DNA of 40,078 nucleotides. It comes from a virus (Duplodnaviria; Caudoviricetes). A program made the translations under genes and the position numbers. Shown in pieces: positions 9,399 to 19,688 of the stretch (position 1 is the stretch's first letter; the number at the start of each line of letters is the position of its first letter). A model generated the notes under the pieces. It was not told the origin of the DNA. It saw only the letters and a list, made by a program, of their open reading frames with translations, and did no database searches. Location of the stretch: the IMG/VR virus record IMGVR_UViG_3300037484_000645, positions 1-40,078 of that record; one strand, 5' to 3'.

Positions 9399-9770
9399 AT
9401 GCCCCCGCGCAAGACTCGCATTGTTGGCCGCCCCGCCGGCCACCCTTCGAAGCCCGAACCGATCCGCACCGACCTGGACGCCCTGTCCGCCGAGCAGACC
9501 CTGGAACCGTACCTGGCGGTCTGGCAGGGCCGGGAGTGGTCGTTCATCCACCGGGAGCTCCTGGACACCTGGGAGCTGTCGGAAGAGCGCGAAGGCATGA
9601 CCCAGAACGAGCAGCTGCTGTGGACGATCCAGCTCGCCCTGGGCGAGGAGCAGTGGGAGGAGTTCAAGCAGCTGCCGCTTCCGCTGGGGATCCTGACGCG
9701 GATCTATGAGGACTACGCCAAGCACTGTGGCGTCAAGCTGGGGGAATCCGGGGGCTCCGGCGGTTCCTGA
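9399..9770 (+). CDS. Tail assembly chaperone (gpG-like)
   Basis: Two ORFs upstream of the tape measure; ends in the slippery site GGGGGAA. Confidence 0.85.
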   Translation: MPPRKTRIVGRPAGHPSKPEPIRTDLDALSAEQTLEPYLAVWQGREWSFIHRELLDTWELSEEREGMTQNEQLLWTIQLALGEEQWEEFKQLPLPLGILTRIYEDYAKHCGVKLGESGGSGGS

Positions 9771-10051
9771 CCGATCACGCCGGGGCCCTGGAGTTCGACA
9801 TCCCCCGGTACTGGCCGGGCCGCCGCCTCGGCGAGTTGTTCACCGGCCAGATGACCTGGCGGGAACTGAAGATTTTCCTGGACAACCTCCCGCGCGACTC
9901 GGCCACCTACCGGTCCCTGTACGGCGACGGCGCGGACTGGACACCCGAGGTGGCGATCCTCGCCGACATCTGGGACCTCTACGCCGGCACCCACGCCGGT
10001 AGACGCAAGCCGCCCACGTATCCGCGGCCGAAGTTCCCCGACGACAACTGA
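9740..10051 (+). CDS. Tail assembly chaperone, -1 frameshift extension (gpGT-like; full product 9399..10051)
   Basis: G GGG GAA at 9740-9746; the -1 frame is open from there to 10051 (GIRGLRRFLTDHAGALEFD...LDNLPRDSA...WTPEVAILAD). Confidence 0.85.
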   Translation, partial: GGIRGLRRFLTDHAGALEFDIPRYWPGRRLGELFTGQMTWRELKIFLDNLPRDSATYRSLYGDGADWTPEVAILADIWDLYAGTHAGRRKPPTYPRPKFPDDN

Positions 10052-10076
10052 ACACCGACGGCCCGGGGGGTGAGCC

Positions 10077-13000
10077 ATGGCTCGTACCGTCCTGCTCAAC
10101 CTGCTGGGTGCCGACAACGCCTCCGGCGCGTTCCGGTCTGTCTCTCGGCAGGCCGACCGTACTGCGGACTCGGTCGACCGGCTCAACGACCGCAACGCCG
10201 CGGCGGGCGACAGCGGCGGCCGGCTGACCTCGATGCTCGGCCGCCTGGCCCCCGCCGCGGGGCAGGCGGCGGCGTCCATCGCGTCCGTGGCGGCCGGGGT
10301 GGGCGCGGCCGTTCCGGTCGCCGCGGGCCTGGCCGCCGCGCTCGTCCAGGTCGCCCCCGCCGCGGCGGTGGCGGCCACGGGTATCGGCGCCGCCGCTCTG
10401 GCCATGGGCGCGTTCAAGATCGGGATGCAGGGTGTCGGTGAGGCGGCCACGGCGGCCCTCGACCCGTCCAACCCCGCAGCCTACGCCGAGGCCCTCAAGA
10501 AGCTGAGCCCGAACGCCAGGGCGTTCGTCCAGGAGATCCGCGCGCTCCAGCCCGCTCTCGCCGGGATCAAGGCGGCCGTTCAGGACCGGCTGTTCGACAA
10601 CCTCGGCGCGTCCCTCAAGACCACGGCCGCCGCCGTCCTGCCGGACCTGCGGCGCGGCCTGGTGGAGGCGGCCGGGGCGTTGAACGGCATGGCGTTCAAC
10701 GCGATGGGCGCGGCACGGTCCCTGGCCAAGAACGGTGTGCTCGGCGCCGCGATCGACGGCGCGACCGGCGGGCTGAAGAACCTCACCAAGATCCCGGGCC
10801 AGGTCCTGACCGCGTTCGTGCAGCTCGCCGCCGCGGCCGCCCCGACGTTCCAGCGGATGACCAAGGCCATCGGCAACGTGGCCACCCGGGCGTCTCAGGC
10901 GTTCAGCGGCGCGTTCAAATCCGGTGCGATCGGTGACGCCATCGACGTCGCGGTCGGCCTGTTGAAGCAGCTCGGCGCGGTCGCCGTGAACGTCGCCAAG
11001 ATCGTCGGCAACATCTTCGGTGCGGCTCAGGCCAGCGGCGGCGGGTTCGTCGCCACCTTGAAGACGATCACGGACGCGCTCGCCCGGGTGACCGGCGGCC
11101 CCGCCGTCCAGGCCGGGCTCCGGGCGATCTTCGAGGTGATGTCGAACCTCGCGACGACGGCGGCCCCGCTCCTGGTCCAGGCACTGGAACAGATCGCCCC
11201 GGTCTTCACCGCGCTCGCCCCCGCCGCGAACGCCCTGATCCAGGCACTCGGCCAGGCGCTGCAGCCGGTCATCGCCGCCCTCGGCCCCGTCCTCGTCGCG
11301 GCCGCCCAGGCGGTCGGCCAGCTCGTCATCGCGCTCGCCCCGCTGCTGCCCGTGATCGGGCAGGTCATCGCCGCACTGCTGCCGGTCCTGGTCCCGGTCC
11401 TGCAGCTGGTCACCACGGTCCTCACCGCCCTGACCCCGGTGATCGCCATCGTCGCCCAAGCCCTGACGACCTACCTCGTCCCGGTCATCGCCACGGTGGT
11501 CGGCGCGGTGACCACAGCCATCACCTGGTTCACCTCTCTCTACGAGCGCGTGTTCCCCGCGGTGGCGAGCGCGGTGACCGACGCCAGCGGCCCGCTCGCA
11601 GGACTGCGACAGGCGCTGGCCGATTTGTGGGCGGCGGTCAAACCCCTGGCCGAGGCGCTGTGGGATCTCGCCTCGCGCGTGTTCCTGGCGCTGCAGCCGG
11701 CGATCGGCCCGATCAACGCCGGGCTGATCGAACTCGCGAAAGTCTTCACCGACGTCCTGGTCTTCGCGATCAACAACGTGGTGATCCCGGCGATCGAGGG
11801 CATCACGTCACTGCTCAACGGCGACGCCGCTGCCGCCCTCCAGGGGTATGCGGCGGCGGTCGGTTCGGCGACGGATTCAGTCGTCGAGAGCATGCAGTCG
11901 CTGTCCGCCAAGACCGTCCCGGCGGTCACCCAGTGGGCGCTGAAACTCGGGGCGATCGTCAATGACCTGGCGGCCACGATGGGCGACGGTGCCGCCGATG
12001 CCGCGGACGCGGTGTTCAAGGCGCTGAGCGCCATGGGGCGCAAGATCGTATCGCTCGTGCCCACGATGAAAGCCGCCGGCAGCGCGGTCCTCAAGGGAGT
12101 ACTCGCCGGTCTCAACATCGTCGCGCCCGAACTGGTCTGGGCCGCGACGAACTGGATCAAGGGAATGACCGCGATCCTCTCGGCGGTCGTGCCCCGCATG
12201 GTCGCGATCGGGAAATCGATCATCGGCGGCCTGGTCTCCGGCATCAAGTCGATGGTGCCGAGCATCAGCGGCGCGCTGGGCGCGATCACCTCAATGATCC
12301 CCGACTGGAAGGGCCCGCCGGAGAAGGACGCCAAGCTACTACGCCCCGCAGGCGTCACCATCATGGGCGGCCTGATCGAGGGGATCGACAGCCAGATCGT
12401 CAAACTCAAAGGCAAGCTCGGCGAAGTCACCCAGACCATCACCCGCGCGTTCGGCGAGGGCACGATCTCACTCGTCCCGATCGGCGACCTGGGCAAGAAA
12501 CTCCGCCAGGCCCTCACCAAAGGCGCCGATGAGATCTCGGACGTCATCAAGCAGATCCGTACCAAGATCGCCGACGCGTTCAAGGCCGGGGCGATCAATG
12601 CCGGGCAGCGCGACGGCCTCGTCGACTACCTGACCACGACGAACAAGAAGTTGCGCACGCTGGCCAAGGAGCGGGCTGAGGTAGTCGACAAGATCAAGGA
12701 GATCACCGACTACGCCAAGAAGATCACCGAGTCCGTCCTGAACTATGCGGCGATCACGAACATCAAGGGCGACGACGGGGCGGCCCCCAACGGCGGGCAG
12801 CTGGTGGCCGGTCTCCAGGCCCGGCTGGCGACCATCAGGGAGTTCGGCGGGAACCTCAAGAAACTCGCGCAGGCCGGCCTGTCCAAGGCGTTGCTCGGCC
12901 AGATCTTGGATGCGGGCATTGATGGCGGTGCGGCCATCGCCGCTGAGTTGGCGAACGGTCCGGCGAGCATCATCGCGGCCCTGAACACTACTCAAACGCA

Positions 13001-13490
13001 GATTACGAAGATCGCCAAGAACATTGGGCTCGATGGCGCGGACGCTCTCTTTGGCAGCGGCCAGGCGATGGGTGCCGCATTCCTCAAGGGTCTCAAGGCC
13101 ATGGAGAAGGCGCTGGTCGACAGCATGGAACTGCTGGTCGAGAAGTTGATCAAGGCCCTCACCGGCGGCGTCGACAAGGCCAAGGGCAAGCTCGCTGAGC
13201 TGGCCGAGACCTCAGCGAAGATCACCGAGCTGGCTGTGGCCGTGTCGCAGGTGAAGCTCGAGGCCTACAACCCCGGTCCGACGCCGAAGGCCCCGATACC
13301 CCTGGTGAAGCCGCCCACGCCCAAGGCCGTGCCGCAGTACCAGTACGTCCCGCCGGTGAAGAACAACGTCCTCACCAGCAACAACAAGGCGGTGACCGTG
13401 AACATGGGGGGCGTCACGGTCAAGGACCGCGTCGACGCGGACATGCTCATGAACGCGGTCTCGTTCAAGATTAGCGGGGCGACGTTCTGA
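10077..13490 (+). CDS. Tape measure protein
   Basis: 1137 aa, Ala-rich helical, hydrophobic pseudo-repeats, PDWKGP motif; follows the chaperones. Confidence 0.95.
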   Translation: MARTVLLNLLGADNASGAFRSVSRQADRTADSVDRLNDRNAAAGDSGGRLTSMLGRLAPAAGQAAASIASVAAGVGAAVPVAAGLAAALVQVAPAAAVAATGIGAAALAMGAFKIGMQGVGEAATAALDPSNPAAYAEALKKLSPNARAFVQEIRALQPALAGIKAAVQDRLFDNLGASLKTTAAAVLPDLRRGLVEAAGALNGMAFNAMGAARSLAKNGVLGAAIDGATGGLKNLTKIPGQVLTAFVQLAAAAAPTFQRMTKAIGNVATRASQAFSGAFKSGAIGDAIDVAVGLLKQLGAVAVNVAKIVGNIFGAAQASGGGFVATLKTITDALARVTGGPAVQAGLRAIFEVMSNLATTAAPLLVQALEQIAPVFTALAPAANALIQALGQALQPVIAALGPVLVAAAQAVGQLVIALAPLLPVIGQVIAALLPVLVPVLQLVTTVLTALTPVIAIVAQALTTYLVPVIATVVGAVTTAITWFTSLYERVFPAVASAVTDASGPLAGLRQALADLWAAVKPLAEALWDLASRVFLALQPAIGPINAGLIELAKVFTDVLVFAINNVVIPAIEGITSLLNGDAAAALQGYAAAVGSATDSVVESMQSLSAKTVPAVTQWALKLGAIVNDLAATMGDGAADAADAVFKALSAMGRKIVSLVPTMKAAGSAVLKGVLAGLNIVAPELVWAATNWIKGMTAILSAVVPRMVAIGKSIIGGLVSGIKSMVPSISGALGAITSMIPDWKGPPEKDAKLLRPAGVTIMGGLIEGIDSQIVKLKGKLGEVTQTITRAFGEGTISLVPIGDLGKKLRQALTKGADEISDVIKQIRTKIADAFKAGAINAGQRDGLVDYLTTTNKKLRTLAKERAEVVDKIKEITDYAKKITESVLNYAAITNIKGDDGAAPNGGQLVAGLQARLATIREFGGNLKKLAQAGLSKALLGQILDAGIDGGAAIAAELANGPASIIAALNTTQTQITKIAKNIGLDGADALFGSGQAMGAAFLKGLKAMEKALVDSMELLVEKLIKALTGGVDKAKGKLAELAETSAKITELAVAVSQVKLEAYNPGPTPKAPIPLVKPPTPKAVPQYQYVPPVKNNVLTSNNKAVTVNMGGVTVKDRVDADMLMNAVSFKISGATF

Positions 13491-14350
13491 TGGCCGTTAC
13501 CGCTGCGTCCCTGGTGGACGGCGACCGGGAGATGGTCCTCTTCCCGCGCGCGGCCGATGGCCTGCACCTGTTCGGCATCAACGCGCCCGGCCCGGCCATC
13601 CGCGTGGTGTCGAATGTACGGCCGGACGACGACGGCGAGGACGACACGACCCGGCACTACGGGGCGACGTCGTGCGCGATCCGCCTGCTGGCCACAGCGA
13701 CCCCGGCCGCGTGGGTGGACGAGCTCGGCTCCTACATGCACCCCGAGTCTCGCCCGTACCTGGTCGTCGACGATGACGAGTGGGCTCAGACCCGCCGGCT
13801 GCGGCTCCGCTCGGATACCTGGGACAAGCCGATGGATGCCGAGCAGGCACCGACGCAGCGCAACATCCTCGCGCAGTGGCGGGCTCCCGACGGGGCGTGG
13901 CAGGCCGATGACGAGGCGACGGTCACCCTCAGCTCCGACATCCCGTCCTCGGTCGGCTTCTCCTACCCGATCACCTATCCGCTGACGCTGGAGGCGACGT
14001 CGTCGGGTGGCTCGCTGCAAACAGTGAACGTCGGCAACGCCCCGGCTCACATCGTCGCCCGCCTGTATGGGCCGTGCTCGGCCCCCCGATTGATCAACGA
14101 CTCGACGGGTGAGGAGATCGTCTTCACCACGGACCTGGTGCTGACCGCTGGTCAGTACATCGAGGTGTCGACCCGGGACAAGACCGCCTACCTCCTGTCG
14201 GAGGTGACCGCATCCCGGACGAACATGATCGATTTCTCTGCGAACACCTGGTGGCAGCTCCGGAGAGGCCTCCAATCCCTCCGCTTCACCGGCACCGACT
14301 CATCCCCCGGGTCTCAGGCCGTCATCTACTACCGGCCCGTCTGGCTCTAG
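13490..14350 (+). CDS. Distal tail protein (Dit)
   Basis: Directly after the tape measure; FSYPITYPL, NVGNAPA...LYGPCSAPRL, WWQLRRG. Confidence 0.8.
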   Translation: MAVTAASLVDGDREMVLFPRAADGLHLFGINAPGPAIRVVSNVRPDDDGEDDTTRHYGATSCAIRLLATATPAAWVDELGSYMHPESRPYLVVDDDEWAQTRRLRLRSDTWDKPMDAEQAPTQRNILAQWRAPDGAWQADDEATVTLSSDIPSSVGFSYPITYPLTLEATSSGGSLQTVNVGNAPAHIVARLYGPCSAPRLINDSTGEEIVFTTDLVLTAGQYIEVSTRDKTAYLLSEVTASRTNMIDFSANTWWQLRRGLQSLRFTGTDSSPGSQAVIYYRPVWL

Positions 14351-14359
14351 GAGTACTTC

Positions 14360-15445
14360 GTGACCTTGAAGCGACCTCTACTGATGCAGGCATCTGGTGG
14401 GGATGCCGGCCTCACCTACTCCGCGCTCGACGATCGCGCCACCCTCGACGCACTCATCACCAGCGAGGGTGTGATCGGCCTGTCGTCGCTGGAGGTGACC
14501 CAGCGCGCGGCCGGCGCGGACTTCAGCTGCGACGTTTCCACCGGGTTCTGCGTGATCCTCGGCGACGACGTGCCCCTGCAGGGCAAGTACCTGTGCCAGA
14601 ACACCGCCGTCGTCAACCTGGCCATCCCGACGCCGCCGCTGTCCGGCTCACTGATCCACCGCGTCATCGCACGGGTCAAGGACAAGACCCACAACGGCAG
14701 CTGGTCAACGTATGAGTGGACATTGGAAGTTTTGGCGGACGTCGGCGGAGGCACCCCCGCCCTGCCCGACACCGCGATCACCCTGGCGCTGGTCACCGTG
14801 GCGGTCGGCGACCCGAACGTGGACGACGACTCGATCAACAACCAGCGGCAGGTCGCCGAGATGCGGCCGACCCGCCCGCACGTCGTGTTCGCCGACGACG
14901 AGCGACCTCCGAACCCCCGCGTCGGCGACCGCGTCCACCGTGGCGACCGGTCCCCGATCGAGGAGGTCTGGGACGGCACCAGCTGGCGGATGGACGCCAG
15001 CGCGGCCCGCATCTACAAGGACCGCAGCAGCGACGCGACCGGGCGCACGTCGACATCCCTGTCGGCCGACGACGTCCTGACCGTGACGCTCATCCCTCAG
15101 GTCACCTACCGCGGGGTCCTGGTCCTGAAGTACACCGCCGACGCGGCGGGCGATTTCAAATGGGACCTGGTCCTGCCGACCGGCGGCACGATCGAAGGCG
15201 CCGCACAGGGTCTCCCGGCCGCATCCACCGGCGCGTCCGGAGTCGTCACCCTCGACGCCTACACCGAGGCCAGCACGTCGATCGGCGGTGGCTCCGGTGC
15301 GACCGCCATGACGATCGAGGTCGAGATCAAGTTCTGGTCCGGCGACGGCGGCACTGCCGCAATCCACTGGTGCCGCGATGGCGCCACCGGCACCACCGTC
15401 CTCAAGGGCGGCTCGTGGCTGGACTTCATCCCCGTCGGAACCTGA
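14360..15445 (+). CDS. Minor tail protein
   Basis: Tail-tip block; HRVIARVKD...PALPDTAITLALV...RPPNPRVG..WDGTSW pattern of actinophage minor tail proteins. Confidence 0.75.
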   Translation: MTLKRPLLMQASGGDAGLTYSALDDRATLDALITSEGVIGLSSLEVTQRAAGADFSCDVSTGFCVILGDDVPLQGKYLCQNTAVVNLAIPTPPLSGSLIHRVIARVKDKTHNGSWSTYEWTLEVLADVGGGTPALPDTAITLALVTVAVGDPNVDDDSINNQRQVAEMRPTRPHVVFADDERPPNPRVGDRVHRGDRSPIEEVWDGTSWRMDASAARIYKDRSSDATGRTSTSLSADDVLTVTLIPQVTYRGVLVLKYTADAAGDFKWDLVLPTGGTIEGAAQGLPAASTGASGVVTLDAYTEASTSIGGGSGATAMTIEVEIKFWSGDGGTAAIHWCRDGATGTTVLKGGSWLDFIPVGT

Positions 15446-15464
15446 CCCCCTCTAGGAGATCTCG

Positions 15465-15851
15465 ATGACCGTTGGAATCGCCGTCGGCCAAGCCAACGGC
15501 ATGCTCGACGCGCTGTGCCGCAACGTGTCCTACACCAACGCGGCAGTGTGGATCAAATGGCATGTCGGTGACCCCGGCGCGGCGGGCACCGCCAACGCGG
15601 CCGGGGAGACCACGCGCCAGCAGGCCACCTTCGGCACCGGCGCGGGCAGTGGCACGATCGCGAACACCGTGGCCCTGTTGTGGACCGCCGTCAGCACCTC
15701 GGAGGACTACACGCACTTCTCGGCCTGGACCGCGTCCACCGCGGGCACCTTCCTGTTCTCCGGCACAGTGACCGCGAACGCCGTCGGCGCCGGTGATGAT
15801 CTGTCCGTGGCCATCGGCGCCCTCACGGTCCCGTTCACCATCGCGGCGTAG
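15465..15851 (+). CDS. Small tail/fibre-associated protein
   Basis: AGGAG RBS; HVGDPGAAGTAN...YTHFSAWTASTAGTFL; resembles 37680..38111 in size and layout. Confidence 0.7.
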   Translation: MTVGIAVGQANGMLDALCRNVSYTNAAVWIKWHVGDPGAAGTANAAGETTRQQATFGTGAGSGTIANTVALLWTAVSTSEDYTHFSAWTASTAGTFLFSGTVTANAVGAGDDLSVAIGALTVPFTIAA

Positions 15852-15854
15852 CGC

Positions 15855-18191
15855 ATGGCGCTGATCCACACGCTCAGGGACGACTTCAGCACCGACACCC
15901 TCGCCACGAACTGGACCGGCTCAGCCGGAACCGTCGCCATCACCGGCGGCCGGATGCGTGTCACCTGCGACACCGCGTTCAACAAGGCGCAGACCGCCGC
16001 GTCCTACACCCTCGACGGATCCAAGGTCTGCGTCCAGGTGTTCGCCGCCGCGGCCGGAAGCGCCACGGTCGAGGCCACCACCGAACTGCTGGTCACCACG
16101 ACCACCGCGGGCACCGACGCGGGCATCACCCTCAACGCGGTCACCGGCCTGCTCACGTTCTCCTCCCGGTCCGGGTTCTTCGACGGCGGCGCGACGACCC
16201 TGGCCTACAACGCCACCACGCACCGGTGGTGGCGGCTGCGCGTCACCTCCGGCACGCTCTTGTGGGAGACGAGCCCGGACGGCGACACCTGGACCACCCA
16301 GCGGTCGGCGTCCGCCCCGGCCTGGGTGAGCGACACCGACCTCGCAGCCGCCCTCACCTCCCACCGCAACAACGGCACCGACGACTTCGCGGAGTTCGAC
16401 AACTACAACATCGCCACCGTGGCGGCCACGGCCGTGGCGGGCACCACAACCCTCACCGCCACCGCGACCGGCAGCCGCCGCGTCAACGCCACCGCCACCG
16501 CAGGGGCCGGGACGATCGCACCCGCCGTCAACGGGATCCACAAGACCGTGCACGCCACGGCGACCGCCGGCCTGCGGATCCGTCCGGCGGTGGTGGGCGA
16601 CAGCTCGGCGATCGAATACCCCGCGCCCGCGCCCACCTCGCGCTGGCAGATCCTCACCGGCCCGGCATCCGGCGGGTACGCCCAGGAGCTCACCGCCGCC
16701 ACGGACCGCAGGTTCACCGCACGCCTCAAGGACCCGTCCGAGCTGGCCTTCGGGATCGATGGCCGCCACCGCGAGGCCCTGACGCTCGACGAGTTCATCA
16801 CCGACGCGCACGTCCTGTGGACCTCCGAGCTCGGCGTGGTGTGGAACCTGTTCCGCGGCCGTATCGGTGCCAGCTCTGACGTGATCGACGAAGACAGCCA
16901 CCGCATGAGCGTCACCGCCCTGGACTACCGGGCCCTGCTCACCCGCCGCCGGTTGTACGCCGGCCGCGGCATCAACCCCAACGACTCCTTCGAAGACGGA
17001 CTCGGGTTCTGGACCGGCGCCGGCGGAACACTGGAGCTGGACGACGGCCAGCACAGCGACCGCCTCAAATCCGGGCGCATCACCCCCGACGGGGTGACCG
17101 CCACGACCAGCATCACCTCGGCCAATGCCCCGGCCAGTGAGGGGACCACCTACCGCCTGTCGGGGTCGATGCGCTGTATCTCCCCTCGAAGCGTCACGCT
17201 GGGTGTTGACTGGAAGAACAGTGGCGGCGGCACCATCTCGAGCTCCAGCATCACCCTCACCCTGGTCGCCGAGACCCGGACGAGGGTCGACGAGGACGCG
17301 GTCGCCCCCGCCGGCACCACCCAGTTCGCCATCGTGTTCCTGACCACGGGCACGGCCCCGGTCACGGACCTGCTCTGGTTGGACGACGCCAAGCTCACGA
17401 CCTACCCGACCCTGGCCAGCCGCCTGGTGTACAGCGACGTCGAACAGGTCGACATCGCCTGGGACATGATCAACGACACGCAGTCCCGGGTCGGCGGCGC
17501 CCTCGGGATCAGCAACGCCTCCACCGCCACGGGCGTCGTCCGCGACCGCCTCTACCTGGTGGGCGACTCGATCGGCGAGGAGATCGACAAGCTGTCGGAG
17601 GTCGAGGCCGGGTTCGACTGGGACATCATCCCGATCAGCGCGTCGGCGTTGCAGTTCAAGACCTGGCACGAAGAGCGCGGCGTCTCCCGCGGTGTGGTGC
17701 TGGAGCACGACGGCCCGGTCGTGTCCGTCCAGCGCCAGGTGACGGCCACCGAGTACGCCAACGCGATCCGCTTCACGGGTGCCGACACCACCATCCCCGA
17801 CGAACGCGAGGCCGACGACCTGGCGACCGCCCCCGAGGGCCGCTTCGACGCCGTCTTCGCCGACACGGGCCTGACCACCCAGGACGCCCTCAACGGCCGC
17901 GCGCACTGGCGGCTCAAGCAGTCCAAGACAGTGCGGCCGACATGGTCGGTGATCCTGCGCAGGGGCTACTGGCGCGGCCCGGACCACATCTGGCTCGGTG
18001 ACCCGGTGCGGCTGGTCGTCTACTCCGGCCACCTGACGACCGACACGATCCTGCGCGTGTATGAGATCGCGTTCTCGATCGACGCAGATGGCGGCGAGCA
18101 GATCGAACTCACCCTGAACGGGCCGAAGATCGACTACCGCCGGCCGCCCGCCATCGCCGACCGGCGGCTTACCAACCTGGAACGCCGCTGA
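15855..18191 (+). CDS. Minor tail / baseplate hub-receptor-binding protein with lectin-like and CBM-like domains
   Basis: N-terminal lectin-like beta domain, Thr/Ala linker, gp37-like hub domain (LFRGRI...IWLGDPVRL) with an inserted NDSFE...WLDDA module. Confidence 0.75.
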   Translation: MALIHTLRDDFSTDTLATNWTGSAGTVAITGGRMRVTCDTAFNKAQTAASYTLDGSKVCVQVFAAAAGSATVEATTELLVTTTTAGTDAGITLNAVTGLLTFSSRSGFFDGGATTLAYNATTHRWWRLRVTSGTLLWETSPDGDTWTTQRSASAPAWVSDTDLAAALTSHRNNGTDDFAEFDNYNIATVAATAVAGTTTLTATATGSRRVNATATAGAGTIAPAVNGIHKTVHATATAGLRIRPAVVGDSSAIEYPAPAPTSRWQILTGPASGGYAQELTAATDRRFTARLKDPSELAFGIDGRHREALTLDEFITDAHVLWTSELGVVWNLFRGRIGASSDVIDEDSHRMSVTALDYRALLTRRRLYAGRGINPNDSFEDGLGFWTGAGGTLELDDGQHSDRLKSGRITPDGVTATTSITSANAPASEGTTYRLSGSMRCISPRSVTLGVDWKNSGGGTISSSSITLTLVAETRTRVDEDAVAPAGTTQFAIVFLTTGTAPVTDLLWLDDAKLTTYPTLASRLVYSDVEQVDIAWDMINDTQSRVGGALGISNASTATGVVRDRLYLVGDSIGEEIDKLSEVEAGFDWDIIPISASALQFKTWHEERGVSRGVVLEHDGPVVSVQRQVTATEYANAIRFTGADTTIPDEREADDLATAPEGRFDAVFADTGLTTQDALNGRAHWRLKQSKTVRPTWSVILRRGYWRGPDHIWLGDPVRLVVYSGHLTTDTILRVYEIAFSIDADGGEQIELTLNGPKIDYRRPPAIADRRLTNLERR

Positions 18192-18249
18192 CCAACCCCC
18201 GGCCACCGGGCCGGGCCTTCCCCCTGACCGCATACGCAAAGGAGTCTGA

Positions 18250-18564
18250 GTGTGGAGATTTCCGGCAGTTCCGGCATGGCTGAAGGACTGGCTCACGGTC
18301 GTCCGAGACCTGCTCGCGACCGGCGCCGGGTTCTGGGGAGTGATCCACGAGGAGCTGAGCAAGAACGCAGACCTCGGCCGCATGGGGTTCTTCGCGATCC
18401 TGATGATCGCGCCGGGCGCCATCGCCGGCTACTGGGAGATGGCACAGCAACCTCCCGCTACCGGCGGTTCGTCATCGCCATCACCGGGAGCGCCCTCGCC
18501 GCCGCCTCCGTCATCCCCTTCGCCCATGCCCTCGTCCCCGCCCTCGAATGGCTTAGCGGGGTGA
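18250..18564 (+). CDS. Membrane protein of the lysis cassette
   Basis: AAGGAG RBS; two hydrophobic helices and a Pro/Ser tail. Confidence 0.65.
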   Translation: MWRFPAVPAWLKDWLTVVRDLLATGAGFWGVIHEELSKNADLGRMGFFAILMIAPGAIAGYWEMAQQPPATGGSSSPSPGAPSPPPPSSPSPMPSSPPSNGLAG

Positions 18565-18568
18565 TCCG

Positions 18569-18838
18569 GTGAGACGCACCTACGCCCTGATCATCCTCGC
18601 CCTCGTCGGGACCGCGATCATCGGATCGATGCTCGCCAACGTGAGGTACACCCAGCACATCGCCGACGTCACCGAACGCCGCCAGGCCGAACTCCGCATC
18701 CAGTCCGACCAGCGCTGGTGCGCCCTGTTCGCCCTGCTCGACCCGGCCGAGCAACCCACCACCGACCGCGGCCGCACCATCCAGACCCAGCTCCGCTTCC
18801 TCCAAGCGGCCTTCCACTGCGTAGAGGTACCACGATGA
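18569..18838 (+). CDS. Membrane-anchored lysis-cassette protein
   Basis: N-terminal TM, coiled region, two Cys (WC...HC); ATGA coupling to the endolysin. Confidence 0.65.
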   Translation: MRRTYALIILALVGTAIIGSMLANVRYTQHIADVTERRQAELRIQSDQRWCALFALLDPAEQPTTDRGRTIQTQLRFLQAAFHCVEVPR

Positions 18839-19545
18839 AGATCATCAGCCGTACCGGATGGCGAGCCAGAGCACCCCGATCCCGCATCACCACCACCTGG
18901 GCCAAGCGCACCGAGTTCGTCGTCCACTACTCGCAGGGACCGCCGACCCAAACCGTCCGGAAGATCCAGGACTTCCACATGGACGACCCCGAGCACCGGT
19001 GGACCGACATCGGCTACAACTTCCTGGTCGACCAGGACGGCACGGTGTATGAGGGCCGGGGCTGGCTCGTCATCGGCGCCCAGGCCCACAAGCACAACAC
19101 CACCGGGATCGGGGTCTGCTTCATCGGCCGAGACGGAGACGTCACCGCGGCCGCCAAGGCCTCGATCAGGAACCTGTACGACATGGCCTGCGCGAAGGCC
19201 GGCCGTACCCTCCTGCAGCGTGGGCACGGGCAGCTGTCGGGCAACTCAACGGACTGCCCAGGCAAGCAGCTGCTCGCCTGGGTCCGGGCAGGGATGCCCA
19301 CCGGCCCGGCCTGGCCCGGCCGGTTCCTGGTCTACAAGGCCGGGGTACCGGTCATGACCGGTACCGACGTCACGATGTGGAAGCACCGGATGCTGGTCCG
19401 CGGCTGGAAGACCCTCGCGACCGGTGGCTACGACCAGGCCGCCGCGACCATGTGCGAGGCGTTCCAGACCGAGAAGGGCCTGACCGTCGACGGGGTCGTC
19501 GGCCGCGACACCTGGAACGCGGCCTGGACCACACCGATCACCTGA
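18835..19545 (+). CDS. Endolysin: N-acetylmuramoyl-L-alanine amidase (Amidase_2/PGRP-like) with peptidoglycan-binding domain
   Basis: IISRTGW, VVHYS, DIGYNFLV, YEGRGW, GH..TDCPG zinc ligands; C-terminal FQTEKGLTVDGVVGRDTW. Confidence 0.93.
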   Translation: MKIISRTGWRARAPRSRITTTWAKRTEFVVHYSQGPPTQTVRKIQDFHMDDPEHRWTDIGYNFLVDQDGTVYEGRGWLVIGAQAHKHNTTGIGVCFIGRDGDVTAAAKASIRNLYDMACAKAGRTLLQRGHGQLSGNSTDCPGKQLLAWVRAGMPTGPAWPGRFLVYKAGVPVMTGTDVTMWKHRMLVRGWKTLATGGYDQAAATMCEAFQTEKGLTVDGVVGRDTWNAAWTTPIT

Positions 19546-19688
19546 CCACCCGCGACTACTAGGAACGACCGATCACCACCACGACCCACCAGCAGATCAA
19601 GCTCCTGCGGACCACGCTCGCTGAGCTCGACCTACTCACCCCCGCCCCGGCCGCCCTGGCGCGGGGCATCGTCATCCATGGAGGCACC

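Noticed and set aside
15921-18422. Long antisense ORFs (833 aa here; also 4081..5700, 9840..11459 and others)
   Set aside because: Shadow ORFs caused by high-GC codon bias opposite well-supported genes
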